Below are positions 14,813 through 27,482 of a stretch of DNA of 64,000 nucleotides, piece by piece; position 1 is the first letter of the stretch; each line of letters starts with the position of its first letter. The stretch spans positions 940,556 to 1,004,555 of the forward strand of contig JAKMXF010000299.1 of assembly GCA_024704765.1 (NCBI GenBank), given 5' to 3'. A program made the position numbers and the translations under genes. This DNA comes from Oopsacas minuta. Lineage: Eukaryota > Animalia > Porifera. Under the pieces are notes generated by a model. It did no database searches and was not told where the DNA came from. It worked only from the letters and a program-made list of their open reading frames with translations.

Positions 14813-15214
14813 GTGAGTTGTAATACCTTATGTGCATATCTACTTACTTCCAATCATTATTGCGAGTTATAATCTAGAAACGCCTGACTCCACCCCAATT
14901 CCCCGAAAACCGTTCGGGCTGGGCTGAGTTTGTGCTTCTGTCTTCTGGCCCTATACTTAGGGTCCAGGATAAACCTGAATTCACATTTTGAAATTATTTC
15001 CTTTCTTTCTAAATATTTGTATTTATCATCATTGAAATTGGTATTCAATCACATTATCCAATTTCATATACTATGCTAACCCAAGTTGTAGCTATGCGTC
15101 GTGCCTCTGTGCTTCGCCTGGACCAGGCTTAGGGCCCGAATTCCTCTTGCCGGCCATCTTCGGGCCGAAAACTCGAGTAGGGCTCGACACAACCTCACTT
15201 TGTTGTGAGGAAAT

Positions 15215-15580
15215 TATGCAGTGATCTTACGAGATGGAGAACACATTAGAGCAGATGAATGAGTGTGGAGTTAACGCAAGACTTTCTTGAGCACACGTCA
15301 GTTGTAAATTTGATGCACTTCTCGTTGTTGGATTTTTATAAAAATTGGAGACCAAGTAGAAGGCATAGAGACGTTTATGAATATTAAAAATGATTTTGAA
15401 TTTTGAATTTGTTTTACATTTTTTTAACATTACAAAAAATTATTTTTTCACATATTTTCGAAATCAAAATTTCAACTATCTAAACATGTTTCAAAAATTT
15501 GAACGTTTGTTATATCAAAATTTGCATAATTTTGTTGACTTCCTGTGAGATATTGTTTGCCAAGGTTTCACATATTTTAC
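15215..15580 (+). repeat. ~350-bp repeat, inverted partner of 20130-20472
   Basis: Long imperfect reverse-complement match (e.g. TTCGAAATCAAAATTTCAACTATC, CATAATTTTGTTGACTT, CCTGTGAGATA); partial internal duplication at ~15605-15720. Confidence 0.7.
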
Positions 15581-16099
15581 CTTCACATACTACTATCTTT
15601 CATATACGTTGTTGAATTTGGATAAAAATTGCGAAACTAGTAGAAGACATAGGGACGTTTATGAATATTAACAATGATTTTGAATTTTGAAAACATGTAA
15701 TTTAATAATTTTTTCCCATCACAAAAAGATACTTTCAGTTGAAAAGTGAATTTCCATAATAACAACAACAATACTGAGAGATATTTGCGATAGACTACAA
15801 GAAATGAATCGATCACCAAATTACCATTCAGTCAATTGAATTAGAAATATTAGGTTATAATAACATCTTACTCATTTGTTCTTCCGTTTCCTCGGATTTA
15901 GAACTATATGACAAACTAAAAAACAAGTACTCAGCTGGATCCATTAACTATCAGAATAGCCTTGGGGAGCGGTTGTTACTTTCGTTGATTAACTATGAAT
16001 CAAAGTTGTGGCTAAATGGCTTTAGCTATTATAATCTAATTAGACCTAAAGTTATTTCCACCTTCTTGCAATATTTTAAAATTTGTCAATTTGAAGGTT

Positions 16100-19000
16100 G
16101 CAAAGTATTTGGAGAGTCATTCGGGAATTTTTCTCTGACGAGCTCATTGAAGAAGTCACATTACTTCGTTTATGGTTGATGTCCACATTAGAGCTTAATG
16201 ACCTAAATTATAAGTTAGTAGATAATTTATTCGACAAAAATTATTTATTATTAACTGTTGGAATGACAACAGATTTTGTTCATTAGGTAGATAAGGTAAA
16301 AAGTGACTTTAAAGAAAATGGTATTGAAGTATTGAATTTCATTTATACCAATAGCATTAGCATGTTAGAGAAAACTATGCAAAACCAATTTCAGAAATAT
16401 TGGATACATCTATAGATATGAAATACAATACTGATAATCACACAGATTTTCCAAGTTCTACTTAAACTTCTGAAAACAGCATGTTCATACTGATTCCGAT
16501 ATGTATCAGGTTTTTTCGTTCAATTTCACCTGTTACCACATATCCGCAGCGATTACGAAGGGGAATTTTGTCTAGAAAAGGACGTTTGGTACGTTATTAG
16601 TTATATAGATGAGAATGATACACATCGTATGAATAAAGGTTGGACTAATATCATAGCTGAAAGGTTTACTGAAATCAATCCGATTTGTGTACTGAAGTTT
16701 AAACACTACTGGTTTAGGAAATTGATAGTAATAACTTGAAATCTACATTCTTTCAGGCTACTGCTGTGTGTAAATTTCCTAACTGCATTTTTGTTACTTT
16801 TCACATACGAATAATCCTGCATCAATTAGTGATGATATAATTGTGAACTTCAAATCAGAGGTAATATTCATTCACACACCAAGATAGGAAAACTATTCAT
16901 GCACGTCAAGTTAGGTCTGACAATAGGAAAGAAATAGGTGCAAATTGATTCACGACTCAGTAAGTAATATATCCACCAGCAATTTTAGAAATGAGAAAGA
17001 TATAGAGCATGCAAGAGAGGCAATTTCACTAATCAAATCTCATAACAAACATTAAGGAGAATTAAATCGGATGTTAAGTCATTGGAACGATTTTCCAACG
17101 ATTATGAAGTAGACATTGTGGAAACTCAGAACCATTTCCGTTCGGTATTACCAGACGATCAAATACCTGGTTGCATACAATATATAGTACAAGACCCATT
17201 TCTAATTCATTTATTACCAAAAAAATAGATTGAAATGTTAAAACTTTTCAAACATAACAACATCGCTCTAAATATCGAGGCAACTGACTCCCTTATCAAA
17301 AGCCACCAACTTGGGATGAAACTATTTACTATACGCTCTTACATTGCAACATCCTGTATACTGTACTAGCCCTGTCCCTGTTGCAGAAATGATTAGTAGT
17401 GATCATGGCACGGCAGAGATAACTGATTTTTTAAATAAATGGGTACTAACTTGTAAGGCAGTTCTACATAAGGATTTGAAAATTGAACATGTTGAGATGG
17501 ACCATAGTTGGGCGATAATGCATAGCACATGCTTGGCATTTAATAGACTGAGTGTGTCATTATATTTAGTTCAATGTTGGGAAAATTGTAAACAACAATG
17601 CTACTACTACATCAGACATTCCAACTATTTTGAATCTCTGTTCAGCACATATATTGCATCGAATTAACTATAGATTAGATAGAATTAATAAATTAGACAA
17701 AAGGTAAAACGGTTAGTATTGAATTCATTCGGTACTATGGTGAAAAGTAACAATATTGAAGAAATAAGCTTCGTTTTCGAATCATTGTGTATTTTGCTGA
17801 CTACTGAATTGAGGTTATCTCAAGTTATTAAGGGGGGTTTAGTAGATTTGGAAAATTAGCGAAGGGAAATTTCGAAAGCAGGTGTTCAGAAACTTTATAT
17901 TGATGATTACCCTGAAAATGCTGAAGGTGATACTTATGGAAAAACGTCTCCCTTTGGAAGATACTTGGAAAAATGTTACTCTAACGCAATTGTAAAATTT
18001 CCAGAGCAAAAACAACTGGTACAAAATCAAAATGCGTGTTAGTGCCCTCAAATCCTCGAATATATTTTGAATTATTACATGCCATTGCTTCCTCTTTGGA
18101 GTGGGATCATTCTGAGTGAAGTAAACATCAATGCTATTTCAACTGATAGCAATGCAGGAGTCGACAATTGGTTTACATAGTCAAATACTGCATATTCAAA
18201 TCCCAAATAATATCGGAGTTGTTGATTTTATCCGCTGCATTTTTACACACATAGAGATAGATTGGCTTCATTTGAATTCGCATTTCAACCATTGGGTCAC
18301 AAAGTATTCAAAGTAAAGGAAAAAGTGCGATAGTCTACTAATGAGGAGGAACCTAGGGAAATTTAGGGGAAAAGAGGCGAAACAAAAGTATGTACAGTAG
18401 ACAAAGTATTTGAAAAATTGAAGGATTCTTATTTAGCAAAAACAAAATATCTACTTAAATCCTTTGAATACACATAAATCGATCAGATGTTCCAAAAAGC
18501 TACATTAGAAGTTTTGGAAGAAACAATACCAATACCAGCTAAAAATATTGAGACTGTAACAGACTTGTCTATAGTAGCATTGGGTACAATCGATGTTATA
18601 TTACCTCCCTTCAAGCAAATGTCATTCCTAAGTCAGGGTAATCTTTGTAATATATTAGGATTGCCTTTAACAAATCTTGTTTTATGTAAGATAAAATGCA
18701 TGAATAGCTGTAATTAGGAAGCGATCAGTTTAAATGAGCTAGAACCATCATTAACTTTCCATATTCCCAGGACGGGAATTGTTTATTCTCAAGTCTCTCA
18801 TATATGGTTCCAGGAAGCACAAGTCATAGCTCTATGATTCGAAAAATATTACCAGAAAGTATTGTGGGAAACTAAGTCAAATATATCTAAAGTTTATACA
18901 GAATATATTTCCTCTTACATATCGAAGCACAAAAGAGTACATTAGTAAGTCAAATATGAATATGGACAAAACGTGGGGTGAGACATCGAATTATTTTCTA

Positions 19001-19176
19001 TAGCTCTATTGTTTAATACAGATATTTGGGTAAGTACTACAGAGATGAAAAATAGTTGGACGGTGTATTCTAGTAAAGGCGCTAGTTTAATGGAAATAAT
19101 GAGTAGTCCTCCAACGAATGATGCTGAATTATATTATATGCAACATGTGATAAACCATTATGAACCAATATTATAA
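16100..19176 (+). pseudogene. Decayed NOF-FB/Mutator-like transposase with C-terminal OTU cysteine-protease domain
   Basis: Fragments KGWTNII..PICVLKFK, IEATDSLIK, FYYAL..PVPVAEMISSDH, VEMDHSWAIMHSTCLAFN and LCSAHILHR (CxxH). OTU motifs DGNCLFSSLSY (18771), WG-DIELFSIALLF (18974) and NHYEPIL* (19153-19176). Multiple stops and frameshifts. Confidence 0.75.
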
Positions 19177-19709
19177 TTAAATCATATTACAATTCATGTT
19201 TAGATTACAGAGAAAAACAATTATATACCACAAAATGGATAAAATGTATGCACACCTATAAAAGTTTTAATGAACAAAATTCCAAATAAATAGTTTGCTA
19301 TTCTCTATTATATACAATTATCTCTCATTATGATAAATTATTTTGGATTCTATTTCGCTGGAATGTCAGCCTGGTCTAATGCTACCCAGGTATCTCTTTG
19401 AATATCGCTTCTCTTCAACCTTGTTGTATTTGCTTGCTTTCAGTTTCACACAGCATTAATCGAAGATCATCTAGATAACTCAGATTGCAAAGATAATATT
19501 AGATCTCATTATGTTTGTATGATGGTCAGAAAAACTTATAAATTTACTGTTGTACTACTAATACAGGTTACAAAATGAAAATCCAATGATAATTCTTTGT
19601 AAAACACCAATTAATGATTGTGTCAATCAATTCACGTTAAGGTCAAAAGGCTAATTCCAAATTCGGTTACTATTGGGCAACACCAATGTTCAGATTATAA
19701 TCAATCTTA

Positions 19710-19906
19710 CAATGCACAGTCAGGGTCGCTTATTATGAACAGGTTGAGGACCAAAAGTGAGTTCACTATAAAGAGACTTCATGTTATGCTAACTCGACTT
19801 AATACAAATCCTATGTAGATTGGTATACAGAGACTATATAGTTAGTTCGTAATAAGCGAATGTTCATATTAAGAGGGTTCATAATAAGTGACCCTGACTG
19901 TGCTTG
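19710..19906. mobile_element. MITE (~197 bp, TA TSD)
   Basis: ~31-bp TIR CAA(T)GCACAGTCAGGGTCRCTTATTATGAAC at both ends, flanked by TA. Confidence 0.7.
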
Positions 19907-20129
19907 TATGCATCTCTAATATTGGTATCGTCTAGTGGTACAACGTTTTGATATAAAATCCTTCGACAGTAATCATAAATTGGTGTTTCTGTAGTAATGG
20001 AGGAGAGCATTTTCAATGGACTATGATATGGTGTAGATCTTACTGTGCTTGCCAACACAATCGTAGTAGTATGTATATGATGCTTAAATAAAAAATAGTA
20101 GTATATGCGAGAGATGATATGAACGAAAC

Positions 20130-20472
20130 TATGTGAAACCTTTGCAAACAGTATCTCACAGGAAAGTCAACAAAATTATGGAAAATTTTGCCATAACAAA
20201 CGTCCAATGGTCTGAAACATGTTCAGATAGTTGAAATTTTGATTTCGAAAAACTTTTGAAAATATATTATATTTTTGTAATGCTCAAAAAATAATGTGAA
20301 AAATTTCAAAATCTTTAATAATATTGATAAACGTCCCTCTGCTTTCTACTTGGTCTTCAATTTTTATCCAAATCAACAACGGGTAGTGCATCTAATTTAC
20401 AACTGAAGTGTGCTCAAGAAAATCTTGCGCTAATTTCACACTTGTATCAGATGAATGGTGCGATTACTGCAG
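20130..20472 (-). repeat. Inverted partner of the 15215-15580 repeat
   Basis: Reverse-complement similarity over ~340 bp. Confidence 0.7.
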
Positions 20473-21560
20473 TTTAAACTTTTGGTAAACATATGTGCAC
20501 CAGTGCACATGAATACACTGGCATATATGCACTTTATGAACTATCTAGGCTACAAGCGTATATGAACCTGTGTATACCCACTTTATTATACTGTTAATGT
20601 CAATGGGTGGTTATGAATTCTTCACTATTTTGAATTCCTGTTTTCCAGTTATATATATATTTGATTCTAATTGATCTGGTATAATTGTAATCATTCAATC
20701 GATTTGATATTTAATTTTGATAAATATTATTATACGAGAAAGATGAAGCAAATATTATTATTTATAAGTGATTTTATTTAAAGAGCACATTCGTTATCTC
20801 TTATAATAACATCCTTGAATAGAGCAAAATATGTTCTTATATCCGATAGTACTTATAACAGATGTTCTTATAATCAATACCCACTGTAGCTAATTTTGAC
20901 TGTGCATGGATGATATTCGTGGTTATTCCTGAACATGCTCTGCCCTTATAGCATTTACAGTTGCACATCTAAGCTGCACTTTTCCAATAACATATATTAG
21001 TATGTTTTATAGCTATTGGTTTTTACATAAGTTATGACGACGCGTTAATTACTTTTAGTAATCATACAAACGATTAGAATTTCACATTGCAAATGTAGGA
21101 TGTATGCTAGATTATCTTCAAAGATTTTGTTTATTTTTGAAATGCATTGCATTATTAATTAATACAACTGTATCCCATCAATTTTAACCAAATGTTAAAT
21201 AATACTGGATATACAGTACGTGTTATTACTCTTAAGCACCCATTGATTGTATGTGTAACTAAAGTGCACTTACACTGGTGTACATACACTTGTGGTCAAT
21301 ATAGTTCATAAAGTCATATACACTATTTTATGTACATGCATGTACACCAAAAGTGCATATACACTGACGCGATTTGCTTTATTAAGTCCTCTCCCGAGCG
21401 ATATGTATACCAGTAGAATTTAGTGTGGTTCTTAAATACTATTCTGAAAATTGATGTCCAACCATTTGTATTTGTCTCTTTAGATGCAAATTGTATCTTA
21501 CTAAGGTTTCAATACAATCGGACCTTGTTTAGTTGTGAACAGTTTACGATAATATAACTA

Positions 21561-21965
21561 CAGTCAACTCCGCTTAATTGAATGAAATTCGTGACTCAAT
21601 CAAAATGAAATTTTTTTGATTCAGGAAATTCTAATATGCTTAGTACATGAACAATATTTGGATAAATAAAGGATAAATTTGGCATTAATATGACCGAATC
21701 AAGGTCTATTTACTAATAATTGTTTTCAACTTTTGTTCTCGGACGACACTAAACCATCCGAAAGTTCAAAAGTTTGTACTTTGGATGACTATGGCTATTT
21801 CTAAACAATAGAGTGGCCAACTTCTATTAGTGGACTCTGCGACTGAAAAAATAGAACTTGATGCACTTTAGTATCATTATGAGAAAATGTCCGTATAATT
21901 GGAACTCCGCTTAATCGGGACCAAAGAGCTGAAACCGATGTGTCCCAATTAAGGGGAGTTGAGTG
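21561..21965. mobile_element. pogo/Tigger-type MITE
   Basis: TA|CAGTCAACTCCGCTTAATTG ... CAATTAAGGGGAGTTGAGTG|TA. Confidence 0.7.
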
Positions 21966-22690
21966 TATGTGAAATGTGATTAAAATTTTGCGAATATCCA
22001 TTGTCGCGCTATTTGAGTGGCTAAATTCAAATATGTTGAATAAGCAAATCAGGTGCTTTAAGTGCAGTTCCCTGTCTGAAGATAATACATTTTCACGTCC
22101 TAAAATGTATTGTTTTGGAGATGTCGGATAGGAAAGTTTCAAGCAAAGTAACTTTCTTGTTTTGGATACTATCAAGTAATACACTCGCCGATATCTCAGA
22201 AACTATGCATTTTAGGGTGTGAAAAGTGTAATCTTCACACCTGAAACCGCCCTTAGAGTACCGATTTGTTATTCAGCATATTCGTGAATGTAATTTTATC
22301 AGTCCATACCGCGGACCATGGATAGTCCAAAGTTTTAGCGACATTCCACATGTTTATATTATCGAAAATTGTGCAACCCCAAAAAGACTGTGCTGTTAGC
22401 CCCGAAACCAGTGACGGCGCCAAGCTGGGGCTAGGTCATGGGTAGCTGGCCCAAACCAGGGTATATTTACCCCAGCACGAGCACAATTGGGGCTCAAACT
22501 ATATTTTTCCCCTAATTAGGTGGTAACTTCATTGAGATCTAATCCAATACTATTCGTATTTGTCTGTTAGTATTATTGTCACGAGTTTAACAATGGACTC
22601 TAGTGATATTAGTAAAGAGACAATCCAGATAAATTTCCACTAATATTTGTCTTGTGCTATTTTAAAAGATCTCAAACTCATCAGCTAGAT

Positions 22691-23594
22691 AATTGTAAAC
22701 ACATTTCTGTACTCTTCTACGGGGATGGATTTGAAATACTGGTACAGGTCCGTCCCGAGTGTTTGTAATGTGTTAAAATCTTTGCCTTGAAAGTAGATTT
22801 TAAGCTTGGGGAATAGCCAAAAATCACATGGAACTAGGTCTGGTGAGTATGGTGGATGGGGAAGTAATTCTAACCCTTCTACATCCAAGAGATCTTTGGT
22901 AAGCTTAGCTGTATGGGAACTGGCGTTATCAATTAAAATCTTCATTCCTCGAGTTCCGGTTTTCGGGCGGTACTTTCTATATTTTCTATCAAATTTGGAA
23001 GCACTTGCTTTGTAAAGAAGTAGCAGTAACAGCCTTGCCACACTCACAAGGTAAGTGCAAGACAATTCCATGACTACTGAAGAAGATGGTATACATAATC
23101 TTAGGTTTTCTAAAGTCGGGCCTAGGAATTTTCGCCGGTTGTTCGTCGCCCCTCACCTATGATCGCTTCTTATACTTGCTATATGGTGTTGAATAATTAC
23201 CCACGTCTCATCACCAGTAATAATCTCTGTTAGGCGTCTAGAATCGCAGTTGTCATAAGTTTCCAAGAGTTTCTTGGTAATATTCAGTCGTGCCAACCTT
23301 TGATTCTCACTGAGCTTATGCGGGACTCATTTCCCACAAATCGATCGGTAGCCAAGCTCAGTGGTCAGAATTATATGAATAGCTCCCGATGAAATCTCCA
23401 TACTTTCTTCTAACTGATTGACAGTAAGCACTGTCTTCCATGACCATACTTTCAATGAGTGCGATATTCTCTGAAGTGCTGGCGGATACCGGTCTTCCAG
23501 ATCGAGGCAAATCTGTGACATCAGCATCACCAGATCTCAAACGGGCAGCCCATCGCTCTACAGTATATCTGGAAAGGCAATCCACACACAATAT
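22691..23594 (-). mobile_element. Truncated inverted copy of the adjacent mariner
   Basis: Near-identical reverse complement of 23887-24792; ORFs 22685-23071 and 23358-23606 mirror the + strand copy; no TIRs of its own. Confidence 0.9.
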
Positions 23595-24922
23595 TAGGGC
23601 GTTCAATAAGTCTTGCGGGTCATGTTATACCTTAGGAATTAGTCAAGTAATATATCTAACTTTCATATATTATAAGTCATATAGTTAAACTCCATATACT
23701 GAAAGTTTCAAGCTTATTCAATACTTATTATCTATTTTTGAGATAGTCATATGTAGTCAATTTATACCCATGGTTGAATTTATTGCTTCAAAGGTTGATA
23801 ATTTCAACCTCAAATGGCGAGCTTATATAGAGTTTCGCACACTACTCAAGATCCACCCCGTACAGATCTTCAGTAAGTTACAGGAGATATTGTGCGTTGA
23901 TTGCCCTTCCAGATCTACTGTAGAGCGATGGGCTGCCCGTTTTAGATCTGGTGATGCTGATGTCACAGATTTGCCTCGATCTGGAAGACCGGTATCCGCC
24001 ACCAATTCAGAGAATATCGCACTCAATGAAAGTATGGTCATGGAAGACATGTGCATTACTGTCAATCAGTTAGACCAAAGTATGGAGATTTCATCGGGAG
24101 CTATTCATACAATTCTGACCACTGAGCTTGGCTACCGATCGATTTGTGGGAAATGGGTTCCGCATAAGCTCAGTGAGAATCAAAGGTTGGCACGACTGAA
24201 TATTGCCAAGAAACTCTTGGAAACTTATGACAACTGCGATTCTAGACGCCTAACAGAGATTATTACTGGTGACGAAACGTGGGTGTATTATTCAACACCA
24301 TATAGCAAGTATAAGGAGCGATCATAGGCGAGGGGCGATGAATAACCGGCGAAAATCCTAGGCCCGACTTCAGAAAACGTATGATTATGTATACCATCTT
24401 CTTCATAGTCATGGAATTGTTTTGCACTTACCTTGTGAGTGTGGCAAGGCTGTTACTGCTACTTTCTTTACAAAGCAAGTGCTTCCAAATTTGATAGAAA
24501 ATATAGAAAGTACCGCCCGAAAACCGGAACTCGAGGAATGAAGATTTTAATTGATAACGCCAGTTCCCATACAGCTAAGCTTACCAAAGATCTCTTGGAT
24601 GTAGAAGGGTTAGAATTACTTCCCCATCCACCATACTCACCAGACCTAGTTCCATGTGATTTTTGACTATTCCCCAAGCTTAAAATCTACCTTCTAGGCA
24701 AAGATTTTAACATATTACAAGCACTCGGAACGGGACTGTACCAATACTTCAAGCCCATCCCCATAGAAGAGTACAGAAATGTGTTTACAATTGGGTGGAA
24801 AGGTTAAAACTTTGTGTATCTACAGGAGGGGATTGCTTTGAATAAATATTATAGTTAATTAGTGTATATAGTGTTTGTATCATATTCTATGATATTACCG
24901 CAAGACTTATTGAACGCCCTAG
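23594..24922 (+). mobile_element. Full-length mariner (DD34D) transposon, transposase pseudogenised
   Basis: TIR (T/C)TAGGGCGTTCAATAAGTCTTGCGG with TA flanks. Transposase from ATG 23770 with WVPHKL, TGDETWV, IDNASSH and YSPDLVPCDF; stop at 24325 and frameshifts. Confidence 0.92.
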
Positions 24923-27482
24923 TATATGTATATTGGGGTGATCAGTTAGCCCTTTTGTTTGAAAACATACTTTGGGTGCTAATTTTGATGTTCCCTACAC
25001 AGTATTGATTCGACATATCAACTTTGATTCTATTCTAATATGATTTGTTTTTGTGACTTATGTCCGATTTTCTACTTATTTTGGATTTTGATTATGGGTA
25101 GAGACCTGAAAACTTGGAATTGTGTAGTTTGGGTGTGGTTTTATGACGGTCAACAATACACTTTTTGAACACCACTCTTGTACGGCTAGAACATTTTTGT
25201 GAAAATCCCTTCAATAGATCATAGGCATCTAACCAGCTCCGAGACCAACTATTTTGCTAATTTCTCCCAAACTATAAATGATTGGTTATCCATTAGTATT
25301 ATTCACCGACATGAACGCTCTCCAATACTACTTAATCTAACTTTTCAGATCTTTAGAAGTGACCGAACGACATTCTTTCATCAAAGTTTGACGAAAAGCA
25401 GACAAAATGCACTCAAATACAATCACATTTGCACTAATTTATTGTTGTAACACTAAATCTTTATGAATTTCATTGAGATAGTCCACGATGAATCTTTCGG
25501 TATAAAAAAGCGACGTTTTTTTCGACATAAAGGGGAACTAATGCATCCTAATTTACATTTGTGTAATTTCAATATTACATCCTAATAGTAAGAGATATCA
25601 TTCCCAAATGTATTCCAAACGTATAAATTGTCATCTTTCCATTAGTAGCTATCCATATTCGACAATAATTCTAACTATTATCGAGTTATATTTGGATAGT
25701 CAGAAAAATGTGTCATCCCATGTTTTACAATAACTTAAGAATGAACTAACTTTTGTTTTTCAAGTTTCTAAGGAATTATCTATAGCATATTTCATCTACA
25801 ATAGATCTTTTACATGAAATATGCATATCTGATAATTTACAAGGCATCGAATATTGACATCTTTTCCAAATAACTGCTTTTTTCAACATCTCTTTGTATC
25901 CTTCCTGAAATATTTGGCATATGAAACAATCTAATTTTTTCGACATAAGTGCATTATATTTATCGAGCAAGGATGAACCGTTTCTGAAATATAGGATTTT
26001 ATACAAATAGTTCGGTAGAAACATGTATACCTATTCAGATTTCCTGAAGGTGTTATGTGTCCTTATTTACAGGTGGTTATGATAGATTACATTGTCAACA
26101 GCAAATTTCATTCATGAACAAAGTATATTCCTCCGGTTCCTAGATGAATAATCAAGAGTCTAGGAAAATTGAAATGACAAAAAATGAACACCTATAAGTA
26201 ATGAAGAGAAACTGAGTATATATGATCAAAATCAAGATATCGACTATCTTAATTCCGAATATATTCTCAGTTTCTCTATCACTTCTAGCTTTTCAATTAT
26301 CGTCATTTCGATTTTAGGAATATTTTGGCATATTTTGGGGATTTTGTGACTCATGGGTTATTCGTCTAGGGCTTGGAGGAATATACTTTGTTCATGTACA
26401 AGATACGTTTGCATCACTCCTTGGCGCATTGCCTAAACTATTGGAACAGCCTGGCTAAATTGGCAGTTGGTACAAATATATTTGCCACTTTAGTTTCCTA
26501 AACTGAAATTATTACAAACATTTTTGACATAATTACATCATAAACAATGAGAAAAGGGCATTTTTCTTCACCTTCTCCTATATCCATTAAGGAATGATCA
26601 ATGTGTGATGAGTTGAAAATATTCACACTAAAATTTTCTAAATAGGAAGTCTGAATACCGAAGTTTTGAAACGCAGAATGCAAATGCAGCATAGGATATA
26701 CACTAAATCTCAAAATTTTTCCTGTATTGGCTCTCAAGAATGAACGAGATTTGTACTATTTGTATGGAAGTTTTACCAGTGGTTGAATACCTTTGTTCAG
26801 GAAGAGTATGCTATTTGTAATTTTCATATACTATCCAAAGTGGTTCGATATTATTATATCAAAATTCTAGAACAACACATCTATGCATCAGTTTTCTGAG
26901 ACTGTACACTTATGATTGGAGAACATGACCTACTTAGTATATGGATAAATATGTCCTAGAAAAGGCTGAATGAAAATGTGTAATCACCACATATGTCTTG
27001 AATTATGTAGTATAGTGCTTAAGAATGTATTAGTTACCCATAGGTATATGGTATCAAAGTATTCATTTCAATAACCTTGCAATATGATATCTCATCATGT
27101 GATTGTTCCAGAATTATATTGAGAGAGAAGAGTGCACCTTTCTAAGCTGTGTTAGAACAAGTTTTCAGTGTCTTATGTTTGACATTTTCATAGAATTAGA
27201 GAGGCGAATAGGGAAGAAGAAAATAATTTGTTATGATTGGAATGTGAACACAATTCTGTGTTGATAAGGAATGTGTTCTGTTTTTGAGGCAATACCTCAA
27301 AAACTATGAGCCCTCTGACTCTAAACTCCTTACCAGTAGTTCCGTAATTGACAACTTCATATTCAAAACAAATATAGTTCGTTTGATTTTTGATTATACA
27401 TTTTGATATATTTTAAATTTCTCATATTTGCACGTATATGATTGCCATCTAAGGATTGCATATGTCAAAAAATCTCAGAAAG

